In this document: one piece after another, positions 11,348 to 21,484 of the stretch
Layout of the letters: each line of letters begins with the position of its first letter
Position numbering within the stretch: the stretch's first letter is position 1
Assembly (NCBI GenBank): GCA_963702475.1
Contig: CAVPCT010000006.1
Location: 64,001 to 128,000 of the forward strand
Reading direction: 5' to 3'
Source of the DNA: an uncultured Thermoleophilia bacterium
Lineage (GTDB): Bacteria > Actinomycetota > Thermoleophilia > UBA2241
Length of the DNA: 64,000 nt
The notes under the pieces: generated by a model
What the model was told of the DNA's origin: nothing
The model's input: only the letters and a program-made list of their open reading frames with translations
Database searches by the model: none
Translations under genes and position numbers: made by a program

Positions 11348-12436
11348 TGTCCTGAGTCGTTGATCCGCTGACAATACAAAGCGAGGCTCTGGAGGATCTC
11401 ATCGGCGCTCTTGTGCCAGACGAAGGGCCTCGGCTCCTCGTTCCAGAGTCGGGTCCAGGTGCGGATCGAGGCGACCAGCTCCTTGGTCGAGCGGTGCGAG
11501 CCGCGCCGCAGCCAGCGTTCGGTCAGTTCGGCGAACCAGCGCTCGACGAGGTTGAGCCAGGACGAGTAGGTGGGCGTGAAGTGGAAGCTGAAGCGCGGAT
11601 GGCGCAGGAGCCAGCGCTGGATCGCGGGCGTCTTGTGGGTCGAGGAGTTGTCGACGATGACGTGCACCTCGAGCGCCCTCCGGCACGCTGCGGTCCACGA
11701 GGTTCAGGAAGCGGCGGAACTCCTCGGAGCGGTGGCGCGCGGTGAGCTCGCTGATCACGCAGCCCGAGGCGACGTCGAGGGCGGCGTAGAGGTTGGTCGT
11801 GCCGTGGCGGCGGTAGTCGTGCGTGGCCCTGGCCGGCGTCGTCGGCAGCAGCGGCAGGATCGGGGCCGTGCGCTCGAGCGCCTGGACCTGCGTCTTCTCG
11901 TCCACGCAGAGCACGACCGCGGCTTCGGGCGGGTTCAGGTAGAGCCCGACGATGTCCCTCACCTTCTCGATGAACAGCGGGTCGGTGGAGAGCTTGAAGG
12001 ACTCGAGCTGATGGGGCTTCAGGGCGAAGGCGCGCCAGATCCTGCTCACCGCGCTCTGGCTCATGCCGGTCGCCTGGGCCATCGAGCGGGTCGACCAATG
12101 CGTCGCCCGCGGCGGCTCCTCCTCGAGGGTCTTCGTGATCACCCGCTCCACGTCCTCGTCGCTGATCGTGCGCGGCTTGCCCGGCCGCGGCTCGTCGTGC
12201 AGGCCGTCGAGGCGCCTCTCCACGAAACGCGAGCGCCACTTGCCGACCGTGACCTGGTCCACGCCCTCGGCCGCCGCTACCTGCTGGTTGGTGAGCCCCT
12301 CCGCGCAGGCGAGGACGATGCGGCAGCGCTGCGCCAGGGCCTGCGCGCTGGTGGGCCGCCGCGCCCAGCGCTCAAGGGCCTCGCGCTCCTCGCCGGACAG
12401 CGCCAGATGAGCCTTCGGTCGTCCCGTGCCAGCCAT
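11344..12436 (-). CDS. IS630 transposase; frameshift at ~11675
   Basis: HTH region (TVGKWRSRF..DEPRPGKPRTI..THWSTR); DDE motifs CVDEK, VDNSSTHK and SSWLNLVERWF. Confidence 0.92.
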
Positions 12437-12518
12437 GGTCCCTCCCATCATCGCAGACACGGATGATGAGAGCACAAGCCGACCTATCATTCAAGCGAAC
12501 TAACGACTCAGGACACTA
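11345..12518 (-). mobile_element. IS630-family insertion sequence with TA target duplication
   Basis: Terminal inverted repeats CTAGTGTCCTGAGTCGTT (11344-11361) and AACGACTCAGGACACTAG (12502-12519); TA at 11345-46 and 12517-18; IS630 transposase inside. Confidence 0.95.
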
Positions 12519-12645
12519 GCGCTCCTCGTGAGCGACCGAGAGCTCATCGCCGCTTTCTGCGAGGAGGCGCAGGCGGCCGCGTGACACTTGGGCACGTCGG
12601 AGCGGTGGCCCTCCGTCCTCACCCGCAGAGGAGGTGACACCGACC

Positions 12646-12708
12646 GTGAAAGCTGCCGTCCTCCACGGTCGCGGGGTCGTGGAACTGCGTGAGGTCCGGA
12701 AGCGGTAG
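12646..12708 (+). pseudogene. N-terminal remnant of a Zn-dependent alcohol/polyol dehydrogenase
   Basis: Strong RBS GAGGAGGTG, then VKAAVLHGRGVVELREVRKR-stop, a typical MDR-family start; no continuation is recognisable. Confidence 0.5.
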
Positions 12709-12854
12709 CCAAGGCGCCCAACAACGTCACGACATCGATCTTGCCGTGAAGATCCTTCGCCACTCAGCAGCACTCAAAGCACTCATTCTTCCCAGCGCAG
12801 GCTGAGACACCACGTGTGAAGGCTGGTTCGGGCCTCGCTCGCGCGACAGCGGCG

Positions 12855-12885
12855 CATTGACGTCAATGGCATCGCGGTCTAAAGT
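12855..12885 (+). promoter_or_regulatory. Putative sigma70 promoter with a palindrome over the -35 box
   Basis: TTGACG (12857-62), 17-nt spacer, TAAAGT (12880-85). Perfect 14-bp palindrome CATTGACGTCAATG at 12855-12868. Confidence 0.6.
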
Positions 12886-12945
12886 GCCGCCTACCGTACC
12901 ATTCGGTGCGGGTTCTGCTGTGGCGGTTCTCGGGGGAGGTCACTC

Positions 12946-14163
12946 ATGGGTTCACGTTCCGTAGGACGAGCGCTTCTGGCGCTCACGTTGACGGCGGCCC
13001 TGCTGCTCGCCGCCGCCGCTTGTGGCGACTCGTCCTCGCCGTCGGATTCCAGTTCGGAATCGGCGGCGGCGTCCAGCGATCCACTCGTCATCGGCTTCGC
13101 GGCCGGGCTCACCGGCATGGGCGGCGACAACTTCACCCTTCAGGGCGTCGAGTACGAGGTCGACAAGCTCAACGCCGCCGGGGGCGCAGCCGGTCATCCC
13201 ATCACGCTGATCACCAAAGACATGAAGAGCGAGCCAGCTCTCGCCGGCACCGTCACGCAGGAGTTGCTCGACAAGGGCGCGCAGGTCATCATCGGTCCGG
13301 CCTTCCCCTCGCTCGGCGCGAGCGTGATACAGACCGCCGGCAACGCCGGCGTCACAGTAATCTCGGCGCTCTCGACGCAGCCAGAGTACACGGTAGTCGG
13401 CGGCATGCCCGCGTATCTCGCCGCCTTCGGCGACAACACGCAGGCCGCGGCCGCTGCGGAGTACGCCCTGAAGCAGGGGTACAAGACCGCCTTCACACTG
13501 GTCTCGCCCGACCTCTCGTATACGTCGGCCACGCCTGAGTGGTTCATCGAGGCCTTGCAGAACGGCGGCGGCTCCCAGGTCGGTACGGCCAACTTCTCTC
13601 TCGGCCAGACGGACTTCGGCCCGCAGGTCACGCAGATCAGCAACATGTCGCCACAGCCGGACGTCATCTACACCGCTGCGTTTGGCGCCGAGGTCCTCAC
13701 GTTCCTGCGTCAGCTCAGGGAGGCCAACGTCGATGTGCCCGTCATCGGCGCGGACGGCAACGACACGCAGGTGACGATCACGGCCGGAGGCAAGGCCGCC
13801 GAGGGCCTCGTGTTCACGACGCACGGCTACGCGTCGCCGGGCTCTCCCTATTCCGACCTCATCGAGGGCCTCACGAAGAAGCTCGGCAAGCCGCCGGAGA
13901 CGCCGGGATTCTCGGCTCTCGGCGCCACGGCCGTCGACATCATCGCCGCGGCCGTGGCCAAGGCCGGCTCCACCGATCCGGAGGCCATCGGCAAGGCCTT
14001 CGCGCAGCTCGAGAACGTCGCCACGCCGACCGGCAGCGTGACGTACGTGGGCACCGGCGGCGTGCCCATCAAGGCAGTGGCGCTCGTCAAAGTGGAGAAC
14101 GGCGAGTTCGTTCTCGCCGACACCATCACGCCGAGCTGGGTGCCGGAGTACGGCGCGCAGTGA
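12946..14163 (+). CDS. LivK/LivJ-like ABC substrate-binding lipoprotein
   Basis: Signal peptide with lipobox AAAC; NAAGGAAG, TDFGPQVTQI and IGADG motifs of periplasmic binding protein type 1. Confidence 0.88.
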   Translation: MGSRSVGRALLALTLTAALLLAAAACGDSSSPSDSSSESAAASSDPLVIGFAAGLTGMGGDNFTLQGVEYEVDKLNAAGGAAGHPITLITKDMKSEPALAGTVTQELLDKGAQVIIGPAFPSLGASVIQTAGNAGVTVISALSTQPEYTVVGGMPAYLAAFGDNTQAAAAAEYALKQGYKTAFTLVSPDLSYTSATPEWFIEALQNGGGSQVGTANFSLGQTDFGPQVTQISNMSPQPDVIYTAAFGAEVLTFLRQLREANVDVPVIGADGNDTQVTITAGGKAAEGLVFTTHGYASPGSPYSDLIEGLTKKLGKPPETPGFSALGATAVDIIAAAVAKAGSTDPEAIGKAFAQLENVATPTGSVTYVGTGGVPIKAVALVKVENGEFVLADTITPSWVPEYGAQ

Positions 14164-14897
14164 CGCAGCAGGAGGTGGTACTCAAGATCTCCGGCCTCGT
14201 CACACGGTACGGCTCCATCGAGGCGCTGCACGGCGTCTCGTTGGAAGCCCGCCGTGGCCAAATCGTCGCCATCGTCGGGGCCAACGGCGCCGGCAAGACG
14301 ACTCTGCTCGCCTCCATCATGAAGTGGGTGCGGCCCTCGGCGGGTTCGATCGTCTACGAGGGACAGGACATCATGCCGCTGGCCACGGAGAGCATCGTGG
14401 CGCGCGGGCTCACCATGGTGCCGGAGGGACGGAGGATCATCAAGCAGCTGACGGTAAGGGAGAACTTGCAGCTCACCCTCGGCTCACGAAGGGGCCGAGG
14501 GGACCTCGCCGCCGACGAACAGTGGATTTCGGAGCTTTTCCCCATCCTGGGAGAACGGGCCGGCCAGCAGGCCGGCCTGCTCTCCGGGGGGGAGGCGCAG
14601 CAGCTGGCCATCGCCCGCGCCCTCATGGGCAGCCCGCAGACCCTGCTCCTCGACGAGCCGTCATTGGGGCTCGCTCCCAGAATGGTCGAACGGGTCTTCG
14701 ACCTCATCCCACGCCTCCGCGAGCGGGGGATCACCGTGGTCGTCGTCGAGCAGAACGCGTTCAAGGCTCTCGGCGTCGCCGACTACGCCTACGTTATGCA
14801 GACCGGCCGGATCCACACCGAGGGCACGCCCGAGTCCATCCTCGAGGAGGAAGACCTGCTGGCCAGCTACCTTGGCTCGGGCGCGAGGGTCCAGTAG
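14160..14897 (+). CDS. livF: LivF-like ABC ATPase
   Basis: GANGAGKT, VPEGRRI, LSGGEAQQLAIARALM, LDEPSLGLAP, VEQN; GTGA overlap with the upstream gene. Confidence 0.9.
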   Translation: MTQQEVVLKISGLVTRYGSIEALHGVSLEARRGQIVAIVGANGAGKTTLLASIMKWVRPSAGSIVYEGQDIMPLATESIVARGLTMVPEGRRIIKQLTVRENLQLTLGSRRGRGDLAADEQWISELFPILGERAGQQAGLLSGGEAQQLAIARALMGSPQTLLLDEPSLGLAPRMVERVFDLIPRLRERGITVVVVEQNAFKALGVADYAYVMQTGRIHTEGTPESILEEEDLLASYLGSGARVQ

Positions 14898-14916
14898 GCA
14901 CTGAAGGAGGCCACCA

Positions 14917-15768
14917 GTGGTCGCAAACGTCGGGTGTTCCACACTCACGTTCCACATGCTGTCCTTCCGCGAGGCTCTCGAGCGCATCCAGCGGCTGGGC
15001 TTCACTGCAATCGACCTCGCGATGATCGCCGAGTTCTGTCCTCACGCCGACCCGCACGCCGACGAGCAGCAACGGGCGCGCGTAGCAGAGGCCATCGCGC
15101 GGGCCGGACTGAAGGTGACGAGCATCAATGCCTGGTCGCTCGAGTTCGTCAATGACGAGGGCGGAGCCGAGCAAGCGCACATCAGGGGTGCCCTGCGCAT
15201 GGCCGAGGCCGTCGGCGCGCCCGTCGTTACCGTGCAGCCCGGGGGTCCTGTGCAGCCGGAACGATGGGAGGAGTCCGCGCCATGGGTCGCGGAGCTACTG
15301 AACGGCCTCGGGGCGGAGGCGAAAGCCGCTGGCATCTCATTGGCAGTCGAGGCTCCTCACATGGGCACCTTCGCCGAGCAGTTCGAAAGGGCCTGCAGCC
15401 TGGTCGATCTGCTCAGCCGCGACGAGGTGGGCGTGGCCCTGGACACCAGCCACGTGCTGAACGGTGGCGGGACGATCGCCGATGCCCTGCGTCGATACGG
15501 CACCCGGGTCCGTCACGTCCACTTGAGGGACTACCGCAACGGCAGCATCTTCGTGACCCCGGGCGACGGCGTCATCGACTTCGCCGAGGTGGTCGGCGGC
15601 CTCGACTCGCTCGGCTATGCGGGCGGCCTCTCGCTTGAGCTCGAGTACGAGGAGGAATCCACGGAGGTGGCGGAGCGCGAGACGATCCGTGCCCGCCGCT
15701 TCTTCCATCACATGTCTGAGACGCTCTTCGAGCGGGCGCCGGGGGGTGGCGCACATGGGAGGCAGTAG
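14917..15768 (+). CDS. Sugar phosphate isomerase/epimerase (xylose-isomerase-like TIM barrel)
   Basis: LAVEAPH, LDTSH, HVHLRD, PGDGVIDF and LSLELE metal-binding pattern. Confidence 0.85.
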   Translation: MVANVGCSTLTFHMLSFREALERIQRLGFTAIDLAMIAEFCPHADPHADEQQRARVAEAIARAGLKVTSINAWSLEFVNDEGGAEQAHIRGALRMAEAVGAPVVTVQPGGPVQPERWEESAPWVAELLNGLGAEAKAAGISLAVEAPHMGTFAEQFERACSLVDLLSRDEVGVALDTSHVLNGGGTIADALRRYGTRVRHVHLRDYRNGSIFVTPGDGVIDFAEVVGGLDSLGYAGGLSLELEYEEESTEVAERETIRARRFFHHMSETLFERAPGGGAHGRQ

Positions 15769-16765
15769 CGACAGAGTCCGCATTGGCTTCGTCGGCTGCG
15801 GGCAGCACGGCTCAACCATCGTCTATCCGAGCCTGCGCTTCACCGACCTCGAGCTGGTCGCTACCTCGGCGCTGACTGAAGAGGAGGCGCGGCGCAACGC
15901 GCGCCTGTTCGGCGCCGAGCGCTGGCATGTGCGGCATGACCGCCTCTTGGAGCTGGAGACGGACATCGCCGCACTCGTGGTCGTGGTGCAACCCTTCCAA
16001 TACGGCGAGATTGTGCGCGACGCCCTCGCGCGTGGCCTGCCGGTCTACGCCGAGAAGCCGGCGGCTTCTTCGGTGGCAGAAGTGGCCGAACTGATCGAGC
16101 AGGCGCGAGCCACGGGTCTACCGGTGTGCGTCGGCTACATGAAGCGGTTCGCTCCGGCCTACGAGCTCCTGCACACCGCCATCGGCAAGCCCGAGTTCGG
16201 GCGGCCCTCGTTCTTCTCCGGCACCTTCGCCATGGGCGAGGGCGTCTACACGGACGACTACTCCTTCCTCGTCGACAACTCGGTACACATGGTCGACCTC
16301 GCCCGGTACCTGATGGGCGAGATCGCCGAGCTGGCGGTGAAGCGCGCCGAGGGCGCCGGCGGCCGGGTCGCCTACGCCGTGGCCCTCCAGTTCGCGAGTG
16401 GCGCCGTGGGCACGCTGCACCTCTCGACGCTGCAGTCCTGGGAGGCGCACAACGAACGCGTCGAGGTCACCGGCGAGGGCATGGCCGCGGTCGTCGACAA
16501 CGTCGTCAGCTACCGCGAGTACGCCCGCTCTGGGCCGGGAGCCGCCTGGGAGCCCAACTTCACTGTGCCCCTCGACGAGAACCACTTCCTGTCAGTTGCC
16601 GGATATGCGCCGGAGCTGCAGCACTTCGCCGACGTCGTTCGAGGTCGCTGCTCGCCGCGAACGACCATCGAGGACTCGCTGCGCGCCTTGGAGGTCATCG
16701 ATCGCATCTACGTGACCGGCGGCGGGGTGCTGCACGAGGGGCTGCGACCGACCATACGGCAATGA
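15755..16765 (+). CDS. Gfo/Idh/MocA family oxidoreductase
   Basis: IGFVGCG, EKP, GYMKRFAP, DNSVHMVD. Confidence 0.88.
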   Translation: MGGSSDRVRIGFVGCGQHGSTIVYPSLRFTDLELVATSALTEEEARRNARLFGAERWHVRHDRLLELETDIAALVVVVQPFQYGEIVRDALARGLPVYAEKPAASSVAEVAELIEQARATGLPVCVGYMKRFAPAYELLHTAIGKPEFGRPSFFSGTFAMGEGVYTDDYSFLVDNSVHMVDLARYLMGEIAELAVKRAEGAGGRVAYAVALQFASGAVGTLHLSTLQSWEAHNERVEVTGEGMAAVVDNVVSYREYARSGPGAAWEPNFTVPLDENHFLSVAGYAPELQHFADVVRGRCSPRTTIEDSLRALEVIDRIYVTGGGVLHEGLRPTIRQ

Positions 16766-16774
16766 GGCGCTGGC

Positions 16775-17587
16775 GTGACTGAGCCCTCGCACATCGAGGT
16801 GCACCGAGGGGACTGCACACTCCACGTCTCGGTGGAGGGAGAGGGGCCGTCGTTGCTCTATCTGCACGGTCTCACCAGTCTCGCAGCGACGGCCTGTCTA
16901 GAGGCGCCCAAAGGCTTCCGCCTCGCCGTGTTCGACCAGCGGGGCCACGGCTCGGCGACGCACTTCCTCGACTCCGCTGTGTACGCGCTGGACGAGTTCG
17001 CCGCCGACGCCCTCGCCGTGCTGGATGCCTTGGGTTGGGAACAGGCGGCCCTCGGCGGCACGTCGATGGGCTCGGCAGTCGCTCTGCATCTCGCCCTCAC
17101 ACAGGGTCGGCGCGTCCAGGCGCTGCTGCTCGCCGGCCCGGCCATCGGCGGCCGGTGGCCCGACGAGGTGTCGGTCGCCGACATGAACGGGACGGCCGAG
17201 GTGCTCGAGGAGTGGGGCCTGCCGGCCGCGATCGACGTCACCCGCTCGTCCCTCTTGGCGGAGGGCCTGCCCCCGGAGGCTACGGCCTTCCTCGCCACGT
17301 GGTCGCTGCAGGACGCGCGAGCCCTGGCCGTCGCCATCCGCACGGTGATGCGCTGGCGGCCCTTCCCCGACCTCGACGTGCTCTCGCGGCTTACCGTCCC
17401 CGTCGGCGTCGTCGGCTGGCCCGACGACCCGCTGCATCCGCTGCGTCTGGCGGAGGAGGTCGCGCGCATCACGGGCGGGTGCCTCCATACAGTCGAGGGC
17501 CTCGCCGCCGTACTCACGGACCCGGGCGTCGTGTCACAGGGCCTTCTCGAGGCATGGCACGCGGCCACGGAACGGGTGAGCCCGTGA
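16775..17587 (+). CDS. Alpha/beta hydrolase
   Basis: LHG, DQRGHGS, GTSMG nucleophile elbow, DPLH. Confidence 0.85.
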   Translation: MTEPSHIEVHRGDCTLHVSVEGEGPSLLYLHGLTSLAATACLEAPKGFRLAVFDQRGHGSATHFLDSAVYALDEFAADALAVLDALGWEQAALGGTSMGSAVALHLALTQGRRVQALLLAGPAIGGRWPDEVSVADMNGTAEVLEEWGLPAAIDVTRSSLLAEGLPPEATAFLATWSLQDARALAVAIRTVMRWRPFPDLDVLSRLTVPVGVVGWPDDPLHPLRLAEEVARITGGCLHTVEGLAAVLTDPGVVSQGLLEAWHAATERVSP

Positions 17588-18393
17588 GCCGGGCCGCGCG
17601 GGCATCGGGACGGCCCAACCGGGTCTGGGAGGACATTGAGACGCGCGTCTCGGACGACGACAGCGCCCTGTTCCCGGAGGCGGCGAGCGACATGGTCACG
17701 CGCTGGCTGCGTTCGCTCATCTTCTCGGGGGAGCTCGGGCCGGACGACTGGTTCCCGCCCGAGCGCATTCTGGCGGAGAAGCTCGGCATCTCAAGGCTGA
17801 CCCTGCGCACGGCCCTGAAGACGCTGGAGGGTACCGGCTACATCGTCACCGAACGCGGCGTCACGGGGGGTTCCAGGGTCAGTGACGCGGACTCGCTCCT
17901 GAGGTGCTGGACGCAGTGGGTGATCTTCCATTCGGAGGACCTGGACGACATCCTCGAGATGCGGCGCACGATAGAGCCGCGCATGGCAGTGCTCGCTGCA
18001 CGCCGCCGCACCGAGGAGGAACTCAGAGCCATGCAGGAAGCCGTGGCATGCGAACGAGCTGGCAAGACGGACCGTTCTGAGCTCTTCCACACCGACATGG
18101 AGATCCACCGCGCCATCGCCAGGGGCGCCCACAGCAGGCGTCTGGAGCGCGCCATGGTCGCGACGCGCGAGGAACTCTTCCTGCCCGTCGACCAGGCGCT
18201 CTTGGACGGGCGCGAGCTCGAGATGAATGACTCGCACGCGGCCATCGTGGAGGCCATCGCCGGCGGCGACCAGCAGCGCGCCGCCCGTCAGGCCGAGCAC
18301 CACGTCGACCTCGTCGAGGCCCTGCTCCGCCGCGCCTGCCAGATGTCCATCGCCGCGCTCTCCGCGGCGCCGCCGCTAGACCCCGAGAGGTGA
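17584..18393 (+). CDS. GntR/FadR family transcriptional regulator
   Basis: PPERILAEKLGISRLTLRTALKTLE winged HTH followed by an FCD domain. Confidence 0.9.
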   Translation: MSRAARASGRPNRVWEDIETRVSDDDSALFPEAASDMVTRWLRSLIFSGELGPDDWFPPERILAEKLGISRLTLRTALKTLEGTGYIVTERGVTGGSRVSDADSLLRCWTQWVIFHSEDLDDILEMRRTIEPRMAVLAARRRTEEELRAMQEAVACERAGKTDRSELFHTDMEIHRAIARGAHSRRLERAMVATREELFLPVDQALLDGRELEMNDSHAAIVEAIAGGDQQRAARQAEHHVDLVEALLRRACQMSIAALSAAPPLDPER

Positions 18394-18989
18394 CCGTGCA
18401 GCCCTCCACCGACACTGCCCAAGTCGTTTGCCTCACCGTCAACGGGCGCCGTCACGAGCTGCTGCTCGGTCGCGACCTGCTCGTATCGCATACGCTCGCC
18501 GACGTGCTCCGCGAGCGCCTCGGCCTCACCGGCCTCCAGGTGGCCTGCGACGAGGGCGCGTGCGGCGCCTGTACGGTGATCATCGACGGGCAGGCGGTGC
18601 TGTCGTGCATGACCCTCGCCGTGGAGGCTGCGGGCCACGAGATCCTCACCATCGAGGGCCTGCCCGAGGACGACCCGGTGGTGCAAGCTTTCGCCTGCCA
18701 GTGCGAGCCGGGCCACGGCACCGCACTGCAGTGCGGCTTCTGCTCGCCCGGCGCGGTCATGACGGCCAAGGCCTTCCTCGACGAGAACCGCGCGCCCACC
18801 TTGGACGAAGTGAAGGAGGCGCTCGCCGGCAACCTGTGCCGCTGCGGCTGCTATCAGGGCATCGCGCAGGCGGTGCTTAGCGCGGCGGCAGCGCTGCGGG
18901 AGCGGCGCGGCGATGGCGGCGGCGGGGAGACTGCCGGCTTCGCGAAGGCGGTCGGTGGGGCGCGAGCTCCCGGGAGGGCGAGGCAATGA
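18390..18989 (+). CDS. Mo-hydroxylase small (2x[2Fe-2S]) subunit, CoxS/XdhC-like
   Basis: CDEGACGACTV, QCGFCSPG, GNLCRCGCY. Confidence 0.93.
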   Translation: MTVQPSTDTAQVVCLTVNGRRHELLLGRDLLVSHTLADVLRERLGLTGLQVACDEGACGACTVIIDGQAVLSCMTLAVEAAGHEILTIEGLPEDDPVVQAFACQCEPGHGTALQCGFCSPGAVMTAKAFLDENRAPTLDEVKEALAGNLCRCGCYQGIAQAVLSAAAALRERRGDGGGGETAGFAKAVGGARAPGRARQ

Positions 18990-21484
18990 GCCGCCCGTTC
19001 GCGCCCCGCGAGCCGAAGCGCTTTGTCGGCACGTATCGACCCCGCATCGACGCCCTCGAGAAGGCGAGCGGCCGCGCCGAGTATCTGGGCGACGTCGCCC
19101 TCGGCATCAAGCTCCCGGGCATGCTGCATGCGCGCGTGCTCAGGAGCCCCCACCCGCACGCGCGCATCCTCAGCATCGACACCTCACGGGCCGAGGCCCT
19201 GCCCGGCGTGCACTGCGTGCTCACCTACGCCGACCCCGAGGTCGCGGCGCTCAAGCCCACCAACAGCGCCTGGACGAGCATGAACACGGCCGGCTACACG
19301 CAGATGTACTGGCCGAGCCTGCGCGACCGTCGTGTGCTGAGCGACCACGTCACGTGGGTCGGCGACGAAGCCGGCGCCGTGGTAGCCGCCGAGACGGAGG
19401 AGATCGCCGTGGAGGCTCTGCGCCTGCTCGACGTGGAGTGGGAGGAGCTGCCGTTCGCCCTGCGACCGCAGGACGCCCTGGCCGAAGGCGCTCCCGTCAT
19501 CCATCCCGAGATCGACCCGAGCGGCAACCTCTTCCCGGTGGCTAAGGACACACAGGAGGACGTGTTCTACGAACACGGCGACGTGGCCGAGGGGTTCGCA
19601 GACGCGGACGTGATCGTCGAGGTCACCTCGCGCCACCACCGCGCCGATCACGGCTGTCTCGACACGCGCGGCTGCCTGGTGCGTTGGCAGGGCGGCAAAC
19701 TCACCTGCTGGACGAACCTCTACCAGGCCGACCAGACTCGCATGCATATCGCCGAGATGCTGGACATGCCGCTGAACAAGGTCAGGGTCATCTGCCCATA
19801 CCTCGGTGGCTCCTTCGGGCGCGGCAACGTCGGTGACCAGGTGTTCTTCATCTTCACGGCCATCCTCGCACGCCGTACCGGCCGCCCCGTGCGCTTCAAG
19901 CACTCCCGTCGGGAGGACTTCCACGACACGCGGAACGCAGTGGAGTACTGGATGCGGGTGGGCGCGACGTGCGACGGCCGCATGACGGCGCTCGAGACGC
20001 ACGCCCTCGGCGACAGCGGCGCGTATGCCGAGCACACACACGCCGCCGTGAAGATGGTGCTCGAGTTGGATGCGATCGAGGTGCTGCTGCCGCGCATCCC
20101 CGCAGTGCGTCTCAAGGGCCACTCCGTCTACACCAACAGCATCCCGGGCGGCTGTATGAGGGGTATCGGCAACATCCAGTTCAACATGGCCATGGGCCTG
20201 GCCGTGGACGAGCTCGGCGAGCGCCTCGGCATCGACCCGCTCGAGATCGCCGTACACAACTTCAGCCACGAGTGGGAGGAGACGCCTAACGCCAGCCTGC
20301 ACGCGGTGCTCTCCGCCGGCGCCGAGCGCATCGGGTGGAAGCGGAGGGCTGCGCCCGGCGCCGCCGCACCGGGCCCCGACGGCAAGCTTCGCGGCCTCGG
20401 CTTCTCCTTCCACCACGCCTGGCACGCGGCCTGGCAGGAGGAGGCGCGCGGTCGCGTGCAGGTCGGCATCACGCTGAACCCCGACGGTTCGGTCGTGCTC
20501 GACGCACCCCAGGCCGAGACCGGCACCGGTTCCAACACGTGCGCCGTGCTTGCCTGCGCCGAGGCGATGGCGCCCTTCGGCGTGACCCCCGAGGACGTCG
20601 AGTGGGTGGCGAGGGTCGACACCGAGACGGGCCTCAAGGACATGGTGCAGACCGACAGCGCCGTCGCTTACCTGCACGCCGAGGTGATGCACCTGGCCGC
20701 GGCCGACATCCGGACGCAGCTCCGCCGCGCCGCCGCCGCCGTGCTCGGGGTGGACGCGGCGGCCGTCGACCTCCGCGACGGCCTCGTCCTGGTGGACGGT
20801 GCCGAGACCGGCACGAGCGTCAAGGACGTCCTGCGTGCGCCGGACATGCTGCCGCTGCGCGCCATGGCGACGGAGATGCCGCCGCTGCAGAGGACGGGAG
20901 CGCCCTACCTCGCTACCTTCGCTGAGGTGGCCGTCGACCCCGAGACCGGCAAGGTGGACGTGGAGCGACTCATCGTCGTCCATGATGCCGGCACGGTGAT
21001 GTACCCGACCGGCGCCGAGGCGCAGCAGATCGGCGCCCAGGTGCAGGCCGTGGGCGAGGCGCTGTACGAGGAGGTCGTGTACGACGACCTGACGGGCAAG
21101 CCGCTCTCGTTCAACTGGGTCGACTACACAATGCCGACCATGCTCGACATGCCGCAGGTGGAGCCGGTCCTGCTCGAGGTCTGGAAGGGCGCCGGCACCT
21201 ACGGCGCCTGCGGCGTGGGTGAGTCGGCCATCACCTGCACGCCACGCGCCATCCTCAACGCCATCCACAACGCCACCGGCGTGCGCATCAACGAGATCCC
21301 CGCCAAGCCGGAGAGGGTGCTCGAGGCGCTGGCGCGCAAACGCGAAGGGCGGCCGGGGCTCGACGAGGAGCTGACGGCGTCCGTGCGGAGCCGTCTGGCG
21401 GCCGCCGACCGCCTGCGGGCCTCGTCGGGGACCCGTGCCGGCGAATCGACGTCCGCTTTCCCCGCCGCAGAGGTGGGGCCATGA
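18986..21484 (+). CDS. Xanthine dehydrogenase-family molybdopterin-binding subunit
   Basis: LRSPHPHARI, LGGSFG, MRGIG, ETGTG, VDPETGKV, GVGE. Confidence 0.92.
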   Translation: MSRPFAPREPKRFVGTYRPRIDALEKASGRAEYLGDVALGIKLPGMLHARVLRSPHPHARILSIDTSRAEALPGVHCVLTYADPEVAALKPTNSAWTSMNTAGYTQMYWPSLRDRRVLSDHVTWVGDEAGAVVAAETEEIAVEALRLLDVEWEELPFALRPQDALAEGAPVIHPEIDPSGNLFPVAKDTQEDVFYEHGDVAEGFADADVIVEVTSRHHRADHGCLDTRGCLVRWQGGKLTCWTNLYQADQTRMHIAEMLDMPLNKVRVICPYLGGSFGRGNVGDQVFFIFTAILARRTGRPVRFKHSRREDFHDTRNAVEYWMRVGATCDGRMTALETHALGDSGAYAEHTHAAVKMVLELDAIEVLLPRIPAVRLKGHSVYTNSIPGGCMRGIGNIQFNMAMGLAVDELGERLGIDPLEIAVHNFSHEWEETPNASLHAVLSAGAERIGWKRRAAPGAAAPGPDGKLRGLGFSFHHAWHAAWQEEARGRVQVGITLNPDGSVVLDAPQAETGTGSNTCAVLACAEAMAPFGVTPEDVEWVARVDTETGLKDMVQTDSAVAYLHAEVMHLAAADIRTQLRRAAAAVLGVDAAAVDLRDGLVLVDGAETGTSVKDVLRAPDMLPLRAMATEMPPLQRTGAPYLATFAEVAVDPETGKVDVERLIVVHDAGTVMYPTGAEAQQIGAQVQAVGEALYEEVVYDDLTGKPLSFNWVDYTMPTMLDMPQVEPVLLEVWKGAGTYGACGVGESAITCTPRAILNAIHNATGVRINEIPAKPERVLEALARKREGRPGLDEELTASVRSRLAAADRLRASSGTRAGESTSAFPAAEVGP

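Noticed and set aside
11660-11690. Programmed frameshift in the IS630 transposase
   Set aside because: The shift is inside the DDE domain and has no A-rich slippery site, so an error or inactivation is more likely.
12528-12600. TGA at 12582 as selenocysteine
   Set aside because: No recognisable selenoprotein homology, redox motif or SECIS-like hairpin.
18986-21484. Aerobic CO dehydrogenase CoxL
   Set aside because: It lacks the AYxCSFR active-site motif (has GCMRGIG instead).
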